Below, piece by piece: positions 51,305 to 60,092 of a stretch of DNA of 64,000 nt (the first letter of the stretch is position 1; each line of letters starts with the position of its first letter). Where the stretch lies: positions 32,001-96,000 of the forward strand of contig JBHLJY010000002.1 in assembly GCA_048887225.1 (NCBI GenBank). The letters run 5' to 3'. The position numbers and the translations under genes were made by a program. The stretch comes from Candidatus Hodarchaeota archaeon. Lineage in GTDB: Archaea > Asgardarchaeota > Lokiarchaeia > Sigyniarchaeales > SOKP01. Under the pieces are notes generated by a model, which made no database searches, was not told where the DNA came from, and worked only from the letters and a program-made list of their open reading frames with translations.

Positions 51305-52199
51305 TATTAGCATATCTCTGAAGGTCTTTCACACGCATTCTAAGTGTAACTTCCGTGACCTTCGCAAGTTTCGAAATCTCTTTTTGAGTACGATTTTCAT
51401 TTGAAATTTTAGATCCTAAATAAATTGCTGCTGCGGCTATCCCTTTAGGATCTTTTCCTGCTGTATTAAATCCATTTTCTTTCGCACTTTCAATTAACTT
51501 AACAGCTACATTCCTAACTTTCATTGATAATCCTAATTCATCGTTAAATTTATCCACATAGCGATCAGCTGAGAAATGATGGACTTTTAAATTAAGTTGA
51601 GGTAAAATTTCCATTAAAATTAATCTATAACTTTTTATTACTTTTTTCTTGGGTATTTGAGCAACTTTTGTTATTTCTTCAACTGTTCGAGGGATTCCAT
51701 GAACTCTTAAAGCACAAAAAATTGAAGCTGATAACAATGTATCAATACTTCTGCCCATAGTCAGCTTCTTTTTTACAGTTTGAGTATAAATTCGAAGTGC
51801 ATCTTCAGCAACAGTATCAGGAATTCCTAATCTTTTTTGTAAACGCTGTAAATTTGGTAAAGCGATCCACAAATTTCTTTCATAGCTGGTTGTTAGCGAT
51901 CTATGGATTTTAGCCAATCTATTAAATTTTGATTTGAATTTAGGGCTTAATAAAGTACCTCGAGCATCACGACTACCACGAATAATCGTACGAGGGCCGA
52001 TAGGACTATATACTCTTTCGTTGCTCTTTCGTTTTTGGATTTCCTCTGCCGTGAAAGCTCTTCTGGGTGAGGTATCAAGAATTCTGGAAAAAACAGACGC
52101 ACAGTTTAAGCAAACATAAAAACCGTCCTCTTCGCTAATTTTAGGAGCATCACAGCATTGTTCCACTTCCTCAAAAAAATTATTTGGATCAGACGACAT
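51294..52199 (-). CDS. tfb: Transcription initiation factor IIB (TFB)
   Basis: Zn ribbon CC..VCLNC, ERNL..AL, GRS..SA, PRTVEEI, GKDPKGIAAAAIY, TQKEISKLAKVTEVTLRMR. Confidence 0.95.
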   Translation of the reverse strand: MSSDPNNFFEEVEQCCDAPKISEEDGFYVCLNCASVFSRILDTSPRRAFTAEEIQKRKSNERVYSPIGPRTIIRGSRDARGTLLSPKFKSKFNRLAKIHRSLTTSYERNLWIALPNLQRLQKRLGIPDTVAEDALRIYTQTVKKKLTMGRSIDTLLSASIFCALRVHGIPRTVEEITKVAQIPKKKVIKSYRLILMEILPQLNLKVHHFSADRYVDKFNDELGLSMKVRNVAVKLIESAKENGFNTAGKDPKGIAAAAIYLGSKISNENRTQKEISKLAKVTEVTLRMRVKDLQRYANIMY

Positions 52200-52457
52200 T
52201 AATTAGTATGATAACGATAATTCGTATTATATTTAAGATAATCCAACTATATAAATATTAATTAAATCCATATTGTGAAATGAATATCTATATTTTAATA
52301 ACAAAAATTCATAAGAATTAATAACGAGATCTTTTTTTCTTTATTGAAAAAAAGGGTAAGAAAGAGCGCTTTACACGGTTAATCTATAAATAAATAAAAA
52401 TAAAAGTTAGTTTCACCTAAATATTATATATTTAAAACAAAAAGAATATAAATTTCA

Positions 52458-53660
52458 ATGACAGCTGAATTCACAGATGTAATCAATGCACTTTCAAAAT
52501 TTTTAGAACCTAAATTGGTTAAAAAATTAGAATTTTCAGGTAGAGGCGAAACCATAAAATTAGAATCTATTGATGATATTAAGAATTTACCCCTTGAAAC
52601 ATATAACTTTATAGGCGAAGATGAGGCGAAGTATTTAGAAGAATTTTTAGAAATTTCCAACATAGAACAAGCAGCTAAATTTAGAAATATAAAGATACGA
52701 GAAAAATTCGATGAAAAAATTAAAGCCCTTTTTAAAAAATATCCTAAATTTGAAAATAAATTGGAAAAGGCCATTACTATTAGTGCTATTATATCAAGCA
52801 TTAAAAGTGACGCGATTAGCATAGATAAAGAAAAACAAAAGGTAATCGTAGTAGGTTTAGATAATGCTGGTAAAACTGCAATACTAACTACGTTTGGTGG
52901 TAAGTTAGGAATATCGGATCTCGCTAATTTAAAACCGACAAAAGGAGTCAAACGAAAAGTAATAGAAAGCTCAAATTTAGATCTTTTTATTTGGGATATG
53001 GGAGGTCAAAAACAATACAGAAGTAAATACTTAAAAAATCCAGACCAGTATTTTCTTCAAATTGACTTATTAATATACGTGATTGATGTTCAAGACTCTG
53101 AGAGATTTGAATCGTCTTTTGATTACTTTGAAACTATACTCGATACTATGGTCAAATTAGATGAAAATCCTTATATCTTGATTTTTATCCATAAATACGA
53201 TCCTGATCTTAAAAGCGATCCTACTATTTTACTTAATGTTGAATTTTTAAAAGATAATTTGAAAGAATTGTTTAATCATAGGAAAATTAAATTTGATTAT
53301 GAAGTCTATTTAACAAGTATATTTTCTCTAATTTCTAACGAACCACAATTTTCCAAATATTTAAAAGATATCATGAAATCGCCTTATGGAATTACCGATC
53401 CAACCGTTAAAAGGGTCGAAGGTTTAGGGGAGATATTAGAAGAAACCCTAAATGCAGTTATAAGGCTTTCAGAATCAATCTCACTTCAATTATCTGCGAT
53501 AGAACACCGGCTAGAGGCAATTGAAGGTGGGTCGGGACAATCTAGGGAATATATCGAAGCTCAAGGTTCTGAACAGATTCCTCCAAAAGCCGATGTCAGA
53601 TCTCGCGTTCTTGACGAGTTAAAAGATTTATTTGATAAAAAAAAGAAATTAAGTATTTAA
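52458..53660 (+). CDS. Arf/Rag-like small GTPase with N-terminal extension and C-terminal coiled coil
   Basis: GLDNAGKT, PTKG, WDMGGQ, HKYD, TSIF. Confidence 0.88.
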   Translation: MTAEFTDVINALSKFLEPKLVKKLEFSGRGETIKLESIDDIKNLPLETYNFIGEDEAKYLEEFLEISNIEQAAKFRNIKIREKFDEKIKALFKKYPKFENKLEKAITISAIISSIKSDAISIDKEKQKVIVVGLDNAGKTAILTTFGGKLGISDLANLKPTKGVKRKVIESSNLDLFIWDMGGQKQYRSKYLKNPDQYFLQIDLLIYVIDVQDSERFESSFDYFETILDTMVKLDENPYILIFIHKYDPDLKSDPTILLNVEFLKDNLKELFNHRKIKFDYEVYLTSIFSLISNEPQFSKYLKDIMKSPYGITDPTVKRVEGLGEILEETLNAVIRLSESISLQLSAIEHRLEAIEGGSGQSREYIEAQGSEQIPPKADVRSRVLDELKDLFDKKKKLSI

Positions 53661-53680
53661 AATCCTTTTTTTTGAAATAT

Positions 53681-54478
53681 TCATTTATTTTTGTTTAATA
53701 ATTTATATGCTTTTTTAACCTTATGAATTTTGGTCCTAAAATAATTAACAGAATGACTATCAGAACCTACAAAAATTTTTGCACCTTCATGATTTAATTG
53801 TTTTACAACTTTCTTTGAGGGAAAACTGCGCGCTATAGGATATGTTATCCCTGAAAGATTGTATTCAATCTGAATTCCATTTTCAACACAGAGTCTACCA
53901 AGATTTATTACTCTCTCATCCGATATATCACAATCAAAAGTCGGTTTTAAATCTTTTGGATTTAAATATCTAAAAATCGTATCAAGATGGCAAATATTTT
54001 TAAAAATTTTTGAATTTATTAGGCGTTCCATTAATTCAAAATACTCATCAACAATGTTTTTTATTTTTTTCTTTTTCAATAATTTTAACAATTTTTCTCT
54101 CGTTGTAACGGGATACCCAAAATCCATCTCGTGCAGTGTTCCTGCAATGAAATCTATCTGTTTTTCGTATTCATCCATGAATTCCCAAAGCTCCATTTCT
54201 CTATCAATATAATAATCTACTTCAAGGCCGCTTAAAACGGATTTGTAATTTTCTTTAATTTTATCTATGTCCTCAAGATATTGATCAATTTTACCATCTC
54301 CATAAAATGGATAATTCTTATCGTTTTCAATATAGTAAAGTTCGTAGTGATCCAAAAAACAAATATTGATTTTATTTTTTTCGGCCACTTTTATGTAATC
54401 TTCAAATAAAGGACCGAACTCTTTAATATCGTGGCTCCAACGCGTATGAACGTGGTAATCCGTATACTTGTACTTCAT
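53681..54478 (-). CDS. PHP-family phosphatase (histidinol-phosphatase-like)
   Basis: DYHVHT, LDH, GLEVDY, CHLD, GSDSH. Confidence 0.85.
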   Translation of the reverse strand: MKYKYTDYHVHTRWSHDIKEFGPLFEDYIKVAEKNKINICFLDHYELYYIENDKNYPFYGDGKIDQYLEDIDKIKENYKSVLSGLEVDYYIDREMELWEFMDEYEKQIDFIAGTLHEMDFGYPVTTREKLLKLLKKKKIKNIVDEYFELMERLINSKIFKNICHLDTIFRYLNPKDLKPTFDCDISDERVINLGRLCVENGIQIEYNLSGITYPIARSFPSKKVVKQLNHEGAKIFVGSDSHSVNYFRTKIHKVKKAYKLLNKNK

Positions 54479-54518
54479 GGATTAACAAAAATCGTAATTA
54501 AATAGATAAATATTTTTT

Positions 54519-56429
54519 CTATTCACCCTCTTTTTCAAAAAAGACCTCGTAAAATAGCTCTTTTTCCCCTGCTTCAGGAGGGGTAATTATTGTTCGACCA
54601 CCTTTTTTTATTATATGAACAGTTTCTTTATTTTGAATATGGATATTTCCGTAAAAACCCTTAATTCCCTTTTCTTTTGCAATTTTTATAAGGTGGTTAT
54701 AGATAAAGGAAGCAATACCTTTTCCTCTCCATTCCTCCTTCACAACAAAACTAAATTCTGCCATGTTATTTTGGGGATTTAAATAATAAGTAGCATTTCC
54801 TACCATTTCTTGATTACCAATATCTCCTACAAATGTACCAATCGAAAATATGTTATGATAATCAATATTAACTTCATATTGAGCTTTTGAATGTGTAAAT
54901 TCTTTTTTCACTTCAAAGAATCTTAAATAACGATCTCTCTCATCTAAGGAATAATATAAATCTTTTAATAGCGGTTCATCAGTAGTATTTACTGGTCTAA
55001 TAATAACTTTTTTATTATTTATCATAAAAGAGGTTTCATATTGTTTAGGATATAAACAAATATTTCCATGCTCATCACATGGTAAAATTTGGTCTGAATA
55101 AACATATTTTAATGCCTTTGCATCCTCTAATAATTGCTGTCTAAAATTTGGATGTGCTATACAAATTAATTCAATAACTCTGTCGCGAATTGTTTTACCA
55201 TGTAAATAGGCAACACCCCACTCGGTAACAACATAACGTACATCCCCACGAGATAACATCACTCCGGCGCCTTCATCTAAATGGGATACAATTCTAGATT
55301 TTTTACCATCTCTAGTTGTTGATGGCATTATAATAATAGGTTTGCCGCCCTTAGAAAATGCAGAACCTCTCATAAAATCAATTGTTTCTCCTAACCCCGA
55401 ATAAAAAGAATAACCTTCTGTTGAAGCATTTACTTGTCCAGTAAGATCTATTTGTCGTGCTGAATTAATTGAAACCAAATTTTTATTTTTTCCAATAACC
55501 CTTGGATTACACACGAAATCTGATGTTCGGAATTCAATGTAGGGATTATTATGTATAAAATTGTATAATTTTTTAGTTCCTAAGGCAAAGCTAGTAACTA
55601 TTTTACCCGGAAAATAGTTCTTTTTTCTACAAGTTAGAACACCATTTTCGATAAGTGGTATAACATTATCCGTAATATAATGGGAATGCATACCTAGATC
55701 TTTTTTATCCTTAAGATGTTTTAAAACTGCGTTTGGTAAATCTCCAAAACCCACATGGATGGTTGACTTATTTTGGACTAGTGTTGCTACATTTTGACCA
55801 ATTCTCTCAGCAATTTCATCTGGTTCATCAAAATGAAATTCTAATAAAGGAGCGTCATTAAAGACAAAATAATCAATTTCCTTCATATGAATAAAACTAT
55901 CTCCCAGAGTCCTCGGCATTTGAGGGTTAATTTCTGCGATAATTAAAGAAGCTGATTGTGTTATTGGTTTCGCTATGTCTATGTTTATTCCAAATGAACA
56001 GAATCCATAGGGATCTGGTGGAGTTATTTGAATAAGAGCAACATCAATATATTTTCGCCCAGAGAGAAATAATAAAGGAATTTCACTTGCATAAATGGGC
56101 GTATAATCTGCTTGTCCGCTATTTATTTCCTCTCGAAGAATTCTTCCAATAAAAAAAGCGTTATGTCGAAACAAATCTTCCTTTTTATCTTTCCCGAAGT
56201 ATTTCTCGGGACCAGCATCTAGAAAATGAAGAATTTCGGTATCAATTAAACTTTCTGATTGCTTTATTAATTCTGATGTTAATGCTTGCGGTTTACTACA
56301 GCCAGAATCAATGAATACACGGTTACCAGGAAATATTTTTTTAATTGCATCTTCAGCGGTAATTTCCTTATCTTTCCATTTTTCTCGCCATTCTTGATCG
56401 ATAATATTCACTTTCTCCATTCTAAACAC
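54519..56429 (-). CDS. Acetyl-CoA hydrolase/CoA-transferase-like domain fused to a Pat-type GNAT acetyltransferase
   Basis: ADYTPIY, EINPQMPRTLGDS, INSARQIDLTGQ, VVTEWGVA; GNAT RYLRFF, AEFSFVV, WRGKGIA. Confidence 0.88.
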   Translation of the reverse strand: MFRMEKVNIIDQEWREKWKDKEITAEDAIKKIFPGNRVFIDSGCSKPQALTSELIKQSESLIDTEILHFLDAGPEKYFGKDKKEDLFRHNAFFIGRILREEINSGQADYTPIYASEIPLLFLSGRKYIDVALIQITPPDPYGFCSFGINIDIAKPITQSASLIIAEINPQMPRTLGDSFIHMKEIDYFVFNDAPLLEFHFDEPDEIAERIGQNVATLVQNKSTIHVGFGDLPNAVLKHLKDKKDLGMHSHYITDNVIPLIENGVLTCRKKNYFPGKIVTSFALGTKKLYNFIHNNPYIEFRTSDFVCNPRVIGKNKNLVSINSARQIDLTGQVNASTEGYSFYSGLGETIDFMRGSAFSKGGKPIIIMPSTTRDGKKSRIVSHLDEGAGVMLSRGDVRYVVTEWGVAYLHGKTIRDRVIELICIAHPNFRQQLLEDAKALKYVYSDQILPCDEHGNICLYPKQYETSFMINNKKVIIRPVNTTDEPLLKDLYYSLDERDRYLRFFEVKKEFTHSKAQYEVNIDYHNIFSIGTFVGDIGNQEMVGNATYYLNPQNNMAEFSFVVKEEWRGKGIASFIYNHLIKIAKEKGIKGFYGNIHIQNKETVHIIKKGGRTIITPPEAGEKELFYEVFFEKEGE

Positions 56430-56602
56430 TTGATAGTTATAACGCTTTCTATCTTATAAATAAGTTTCTAGAATTTTTAATTTATGTACTTTTAATCATA
56501 TAATTTATGAATCCTAAAATAAATCTTTAAAAATGATTATGTTATTACTCATCTTAAAAATTTTATTTCATAAAGTATGGAAAAATAAAACCGTGAGAAT
56601 TT

Positions 56603-58642
56603 ATGTCAAAGGAAGAAAAAATAGCAACTGTTCTTACTGAAGATCGGAAATTTGATCCTTTAGAATTGAATCCGGATTTTTCCAAGACAGGAATAACCTT
56701 TGAAGAATATAAAAAACTCTGGAAACGGAGTGTTGAAGATTTGGAGGGTTTTTGGGGAGAACAGGCACAATCATTAGATTGGTTTGAGCCTTATGAAAAA
56801 GTCTGGGAGAGAACAGAGAATGACTTATTCCCAGGCAGGTGGTTTATCGGAGGTAAATTGAATGCAAGTTATAACTGCATTGATAGACATATTAAAGCAG
56901 GAAAAGGGGATAAACTTGCTATAATATGGGAAGCAGATGAGCCTTGGCAGGGAAGGACGTTTACATTTAAAGAGCTTAAAAGTGAAGTGTGTAAAGTTGC
57001 TAATGGAATGAAAAAGCTTGGGTTGAAGAAAGGAGATCGAGTTACTATATGGCTTCCAATGGTGCCCGAATTAGCGATTATAATGCTCGCCTGCGCTCGA
57101 CTTGGCGTTATTCATTCTATTGTGTTCGGAGGGTTTTCGAAAGAAGCTGTAAAAGATAGAATAGGCGATTCTAACTCTAAACTTTTATTTACCAGCGATG
57201 AAACGGCCAGAGCTGGAAAAACCTATCCAAAAATGGCTGATGTTGCTCAGATTATTGATGATGTTCCAACCATAGAACACGTAATTGTAGTTAAGCGAAC
57301 TGGAAATGAGGTACCGCATACTGACAAGGACATTTGGTACCACGAGCTTATTGAAGGGATGAGCGAAGAGTGTGAGCCTGAGGTAATGGACTCTGAGGAT
57401 ACCTTGTTCATTCTCTATACAAGCGGCACGACGGGAAAGCCGAAAGGCGTTAAGCATACCACTGCGGGGTATCTTCTTTATACGTCTTTTTCACATAGAG
57501 TCGTGTTTAATTATCAAGAGAAAGATATCTGGTTTTGCACCGCTGATGTAGGCTGGATTACGGGGCATAGCTATATTGTTTATGGACCATTGGCTAATGG
57601 TGCCACGACAGTAATGTTTGAGGGTGTGCCCACTTATCCCGATGTTGATAGGTTCTGGGATATGGTTGAAACCTATAAGATTACTCACTTTTATACTGCT
57701 CCAACCGCAATACGATCATTAATGCGATATGGCGATAGACCTGTTCTTAGGCATGATCTGAGCTCATTAAAGGCATTAGGGACTGTGGGAGAACCGATTA
57801 GCTATGGGAGAACCTCATAGTTCGGGAATAATCCCGAAGCCTGGACTTGGTATCATAGAGTGGTTGGAAAAGAAAGATGCCCGATTATAGACACCTACTG
57901 GCAAAAAATACGAGCATTTAGCTAGTATTTGCTAACAGAAACGGGCGGATTTCTTTTAACCCCTATAGCAACCGCAACGCCTACAAAACCCGGATCCTGC
58001 TGCCTCCCATTCTTTGGGATTAATCCAGTAATTTTTGATATAGAAGGAGATGAAGTAACTGATCCGGAGGAGGGGGGATATCTCTCAATCGGACCTAATC
58101 CATGGCCTGGAATTCTCAGAGATGTATGGGGCGATACAGAGCGATTCAAAAGAACTTATTTGGAGAAATATAAAGGTTACTATTATACAGATGATGGTGC
58201 ACGACGAGATGAGGACGGCTATTACTGGATTCTTGGTAGATTAGATGATGTAATTAAAGTTTCGGGTCATAGAATCGGCACCATGGAAGTGGAATCCGCA
58301 ATAGTGAGCCATCCAAAAGTAGCTGAAGCTGCTGTTGCTCCATTTCCACATGATATTAAAGGACAGGCAATTTGGGCTTTTATTACATTAATGGAAGGGG
58401 TAAAAAAAACCGTTGAGCTAAAACGTGACATCAAAATGCATGTAAGAAAAGAAATCGGTCCCGTTTTCCAACCAGACGTGGTTCAATTTGCGGATTCCTT
58501 GCCTAAAACGAGGAGCGGTAAAATTATGCGTAGAATATTAAAAGCGATTGCTTCAGGTACAGATATTGGAGACGTTACTACGCTCGCTGACCCTTCTGTT
58601 GTAGACGCTTTATTAGAAGAAAGAAAGAAAATAGAGACATAA
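56603..58642 (+). CDS. acs: AMP-forming acetyl-CoA synthetase, predicted spliced from three exons (56603-57798, 57829-57905, 57936-58642; 659 aa)
   Basis: [59 protein letters not shown]; all three segments are in one frame, separated by two 30-nt inserts each containing an in-frame TAG. Confidence 0.93.
57799..57828 (+). other. Putative 30-nt relaxed bulge-helix-bulge/loop intron 1 in acs
   Basis: tagctatgggagaacctcatagttcgggaa; 9-bp intron stem 57800-57808/57814-57822, central helix ccg/cgg plus an A.G mismatch, bulges at^t and aa^t; removal gives CCG ATT AAT CCC (PINP). Confidence 0.7.
57906..57935 (+). other. Putative 30-nt canonical bulge-helix-bulge intron 2 in acs
   Basis: aaatacgagcatttagctagtatttgctaa; central helix ggca(57900-03)/tgct(57930-33), bulges aa^a and aa^c, intron stem aatac/gtatt, exon pairs ct/ag; removal gives TGG CAA ACA GAA (WQTE). 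Confidence 0.82.
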
Positions 58643-58725
58643 AAATTAGGGAAATTTATTTTATTTATAAAAATTCAAATTTTTTTTTCATTACCAAATT
58701 GAATTTCAATATAGTATTATAAAAT

Positions 58726-58836
58726 ATTGACAATTAAGTATTTAACATTTTTGTTAAAAGGTGATTTAGAAAGAAACTCAAGAAATTCTCTATTTAGTTC
58801 AAGATATAAGAGAGAAATGAAAAAAAAGAAGAATTT
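58726..58836. repeat. Intergenic module copy A (lacks left end)
   Basis: attgacaattaagtatttaacatttttgttaaaagg...atttagttcaagatataaga(58792-58811)gagaaatgaaaaaaaagaagaattt. Confidence 0.9.
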
Positions 58837-58860
58837 GAATTATAATTTTTTAGCGTTCTT

Positions 58861-59250
58861 CTATTCTAATTGCTTATAATAAACATAAACATTGAGTATT
58901 ATTAGTACGATAATTACAATCAGACCAACCCACGCTCTTACTAAATCTGCTGGGGTCCAAGGCATATAAATAAAGGAACCAATGAGCAAAATAAGAACCA
59001 GAATGAACCATAATATACCTACCTCCCAAGCCGGTTTTAGAGTCTCCAATTCCCCTCTTTTTAAACCAATTAGAAGACCAATTATTAATACTACCATAGT
59101 ACCACCATAAACCCGTATGAGATATGGGTTATAATAGGGTGTACCTGCGGCTATAATGTCTGGTAGTACCAAGTATTGAATCGCATATATAATACCAGCA
59201 ATCATGTTGATAATTGCGACAATTTTCACTTCTTTTGAGATTTCTGTCAT
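58861..59250 (-). CDS. Four-TM membrane protein, family A paralog 1
   Basis: MTEISK..IINMIAGIIY..RVYGGT..WEVGILW; similar to 63313-63720. Confidence 0.8.
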   Translation of the reverse strand: MTEISKEVKIVAIINMIAGIIYAIQYLVLPDIIAAGTPYYNPYLIRVYGGTMVVLIIGLLIGLKRGELETLKPAWEVGILWFILVLILLIGSFIYMPWTPADLVRAWVGLIVIIVLIILNVYVYYKQLE

Positions 59251-59305
59251 TTAATTTCTCATCTCTTAATTTTTTATTTTTTTTTTAATCAAATTCAAAT
59301 TTTTT

Positions 59306-59448
59306 TTATTAGATATCTCACCCATAAATTTGGATTAAGTAATAAATTGATAAATAAGTATTTAAAGATTTAACATTTTTGTAATAGGCGATTCAGAAAG
59401 AAAATCAAGAAATTATTTATTTAGTTCAAGATATAAGATTCTCTAAGG
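59306..59448. repeat. Intergenic module copy B
   Basis: ttattagatatctcacccataaatttggattaag...atttagttcaagatataaga(59419-59438)ttctctaag. Confidence 0.9.
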
Positions 59449-59532
59449 TTACCTATTCAAAAAAGCCAAATTTCAAACGATATTAAAAAAAAATGATTTA
59501 ATATTATAGAATTAAATCTTTTAAATAATGTA

Positions 59533-59826
59533 TTACATTCCTAATATGCTCATGGAATCTTTAACTCCCATTAAAACTTCGATTTTAATTTCGAATCCTT
59601 CAATCTCGATAAATGGAGCAAAATTTTTATATATATAAAGTAATGCATCATCCCCTTTTCCTTTTTCACAGAATATAAGTTGATAATTCTTAATACCTTG
59701 TGTTCCACTCGAAGTGGTGAATATTTGCCATTTTTTAATGAAATCTGGTAAATCCATTCTTTTAAACTTTTTTGCTGCTTCCATTGCTTTATGAGAGGGA
59801 TATGTTACAGTCACCATAAAAATCAT
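59533..59826 (-). CDS. Small alpha/beta protein, family B paralog 1
   Basis: MVTVTYP..EAAKKF...GKGDDA...IEGFEIKIEV; GGTGA RBS-like site upstream; similar to 62768-63094. Confidence 0.8.
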   Translation of the reverse strand: MIFMVTVTYPSHKAMEAAKKFKRMDLPDFIKKWQIFTTSSGTQGIKNYQLIFCEKGKGDDALLYIYKNFAPFIEIEGFEIKIEVLMGVKDSMSILGM

Positions 59827-59872
59827 TCATAGATCACCCTTTTTTAATTTTTTAATATTAGATTTTTATTTT

Positions 59873-60007
59873 TTATTAGATATTTCACCCATAAATTTGG
59901 ATTAAGTAAAAAATTGACAATTAAGTATTTAACATTTTTGTTAAAAAGCGATTTAGAAAGAAACTTAAGAAATTATCTATTTAGTTCAAGATATAAGATT
60001 CTCTAAG
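59873..60007. repeat. Intergenic module copy C
   Basis: ttattagatatttcacccataaatttggattaag...atttagttcaagatataaga(59979-59998)ttctctaag. Confidence 0.9.
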
Positions 60008-60092
60008 TCCTAACTATTTTCAAAAAAACGAGATAGTTATTTATATTTGACTATCACAATTAGAATTAAAAATAAATTTAATTAACAAGGTT

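Noticed and set aside
56603-58642. acs as a pseudogene, two split genes, amber read-through (pyrrolysine) or an intein-containing gene
   Set aside because: The stops lie within discrete 30-nt inserts. Read-through would put 10 extra residues into each of two core motifs, the inserts are far too short for inteins, and no other decay is visible.
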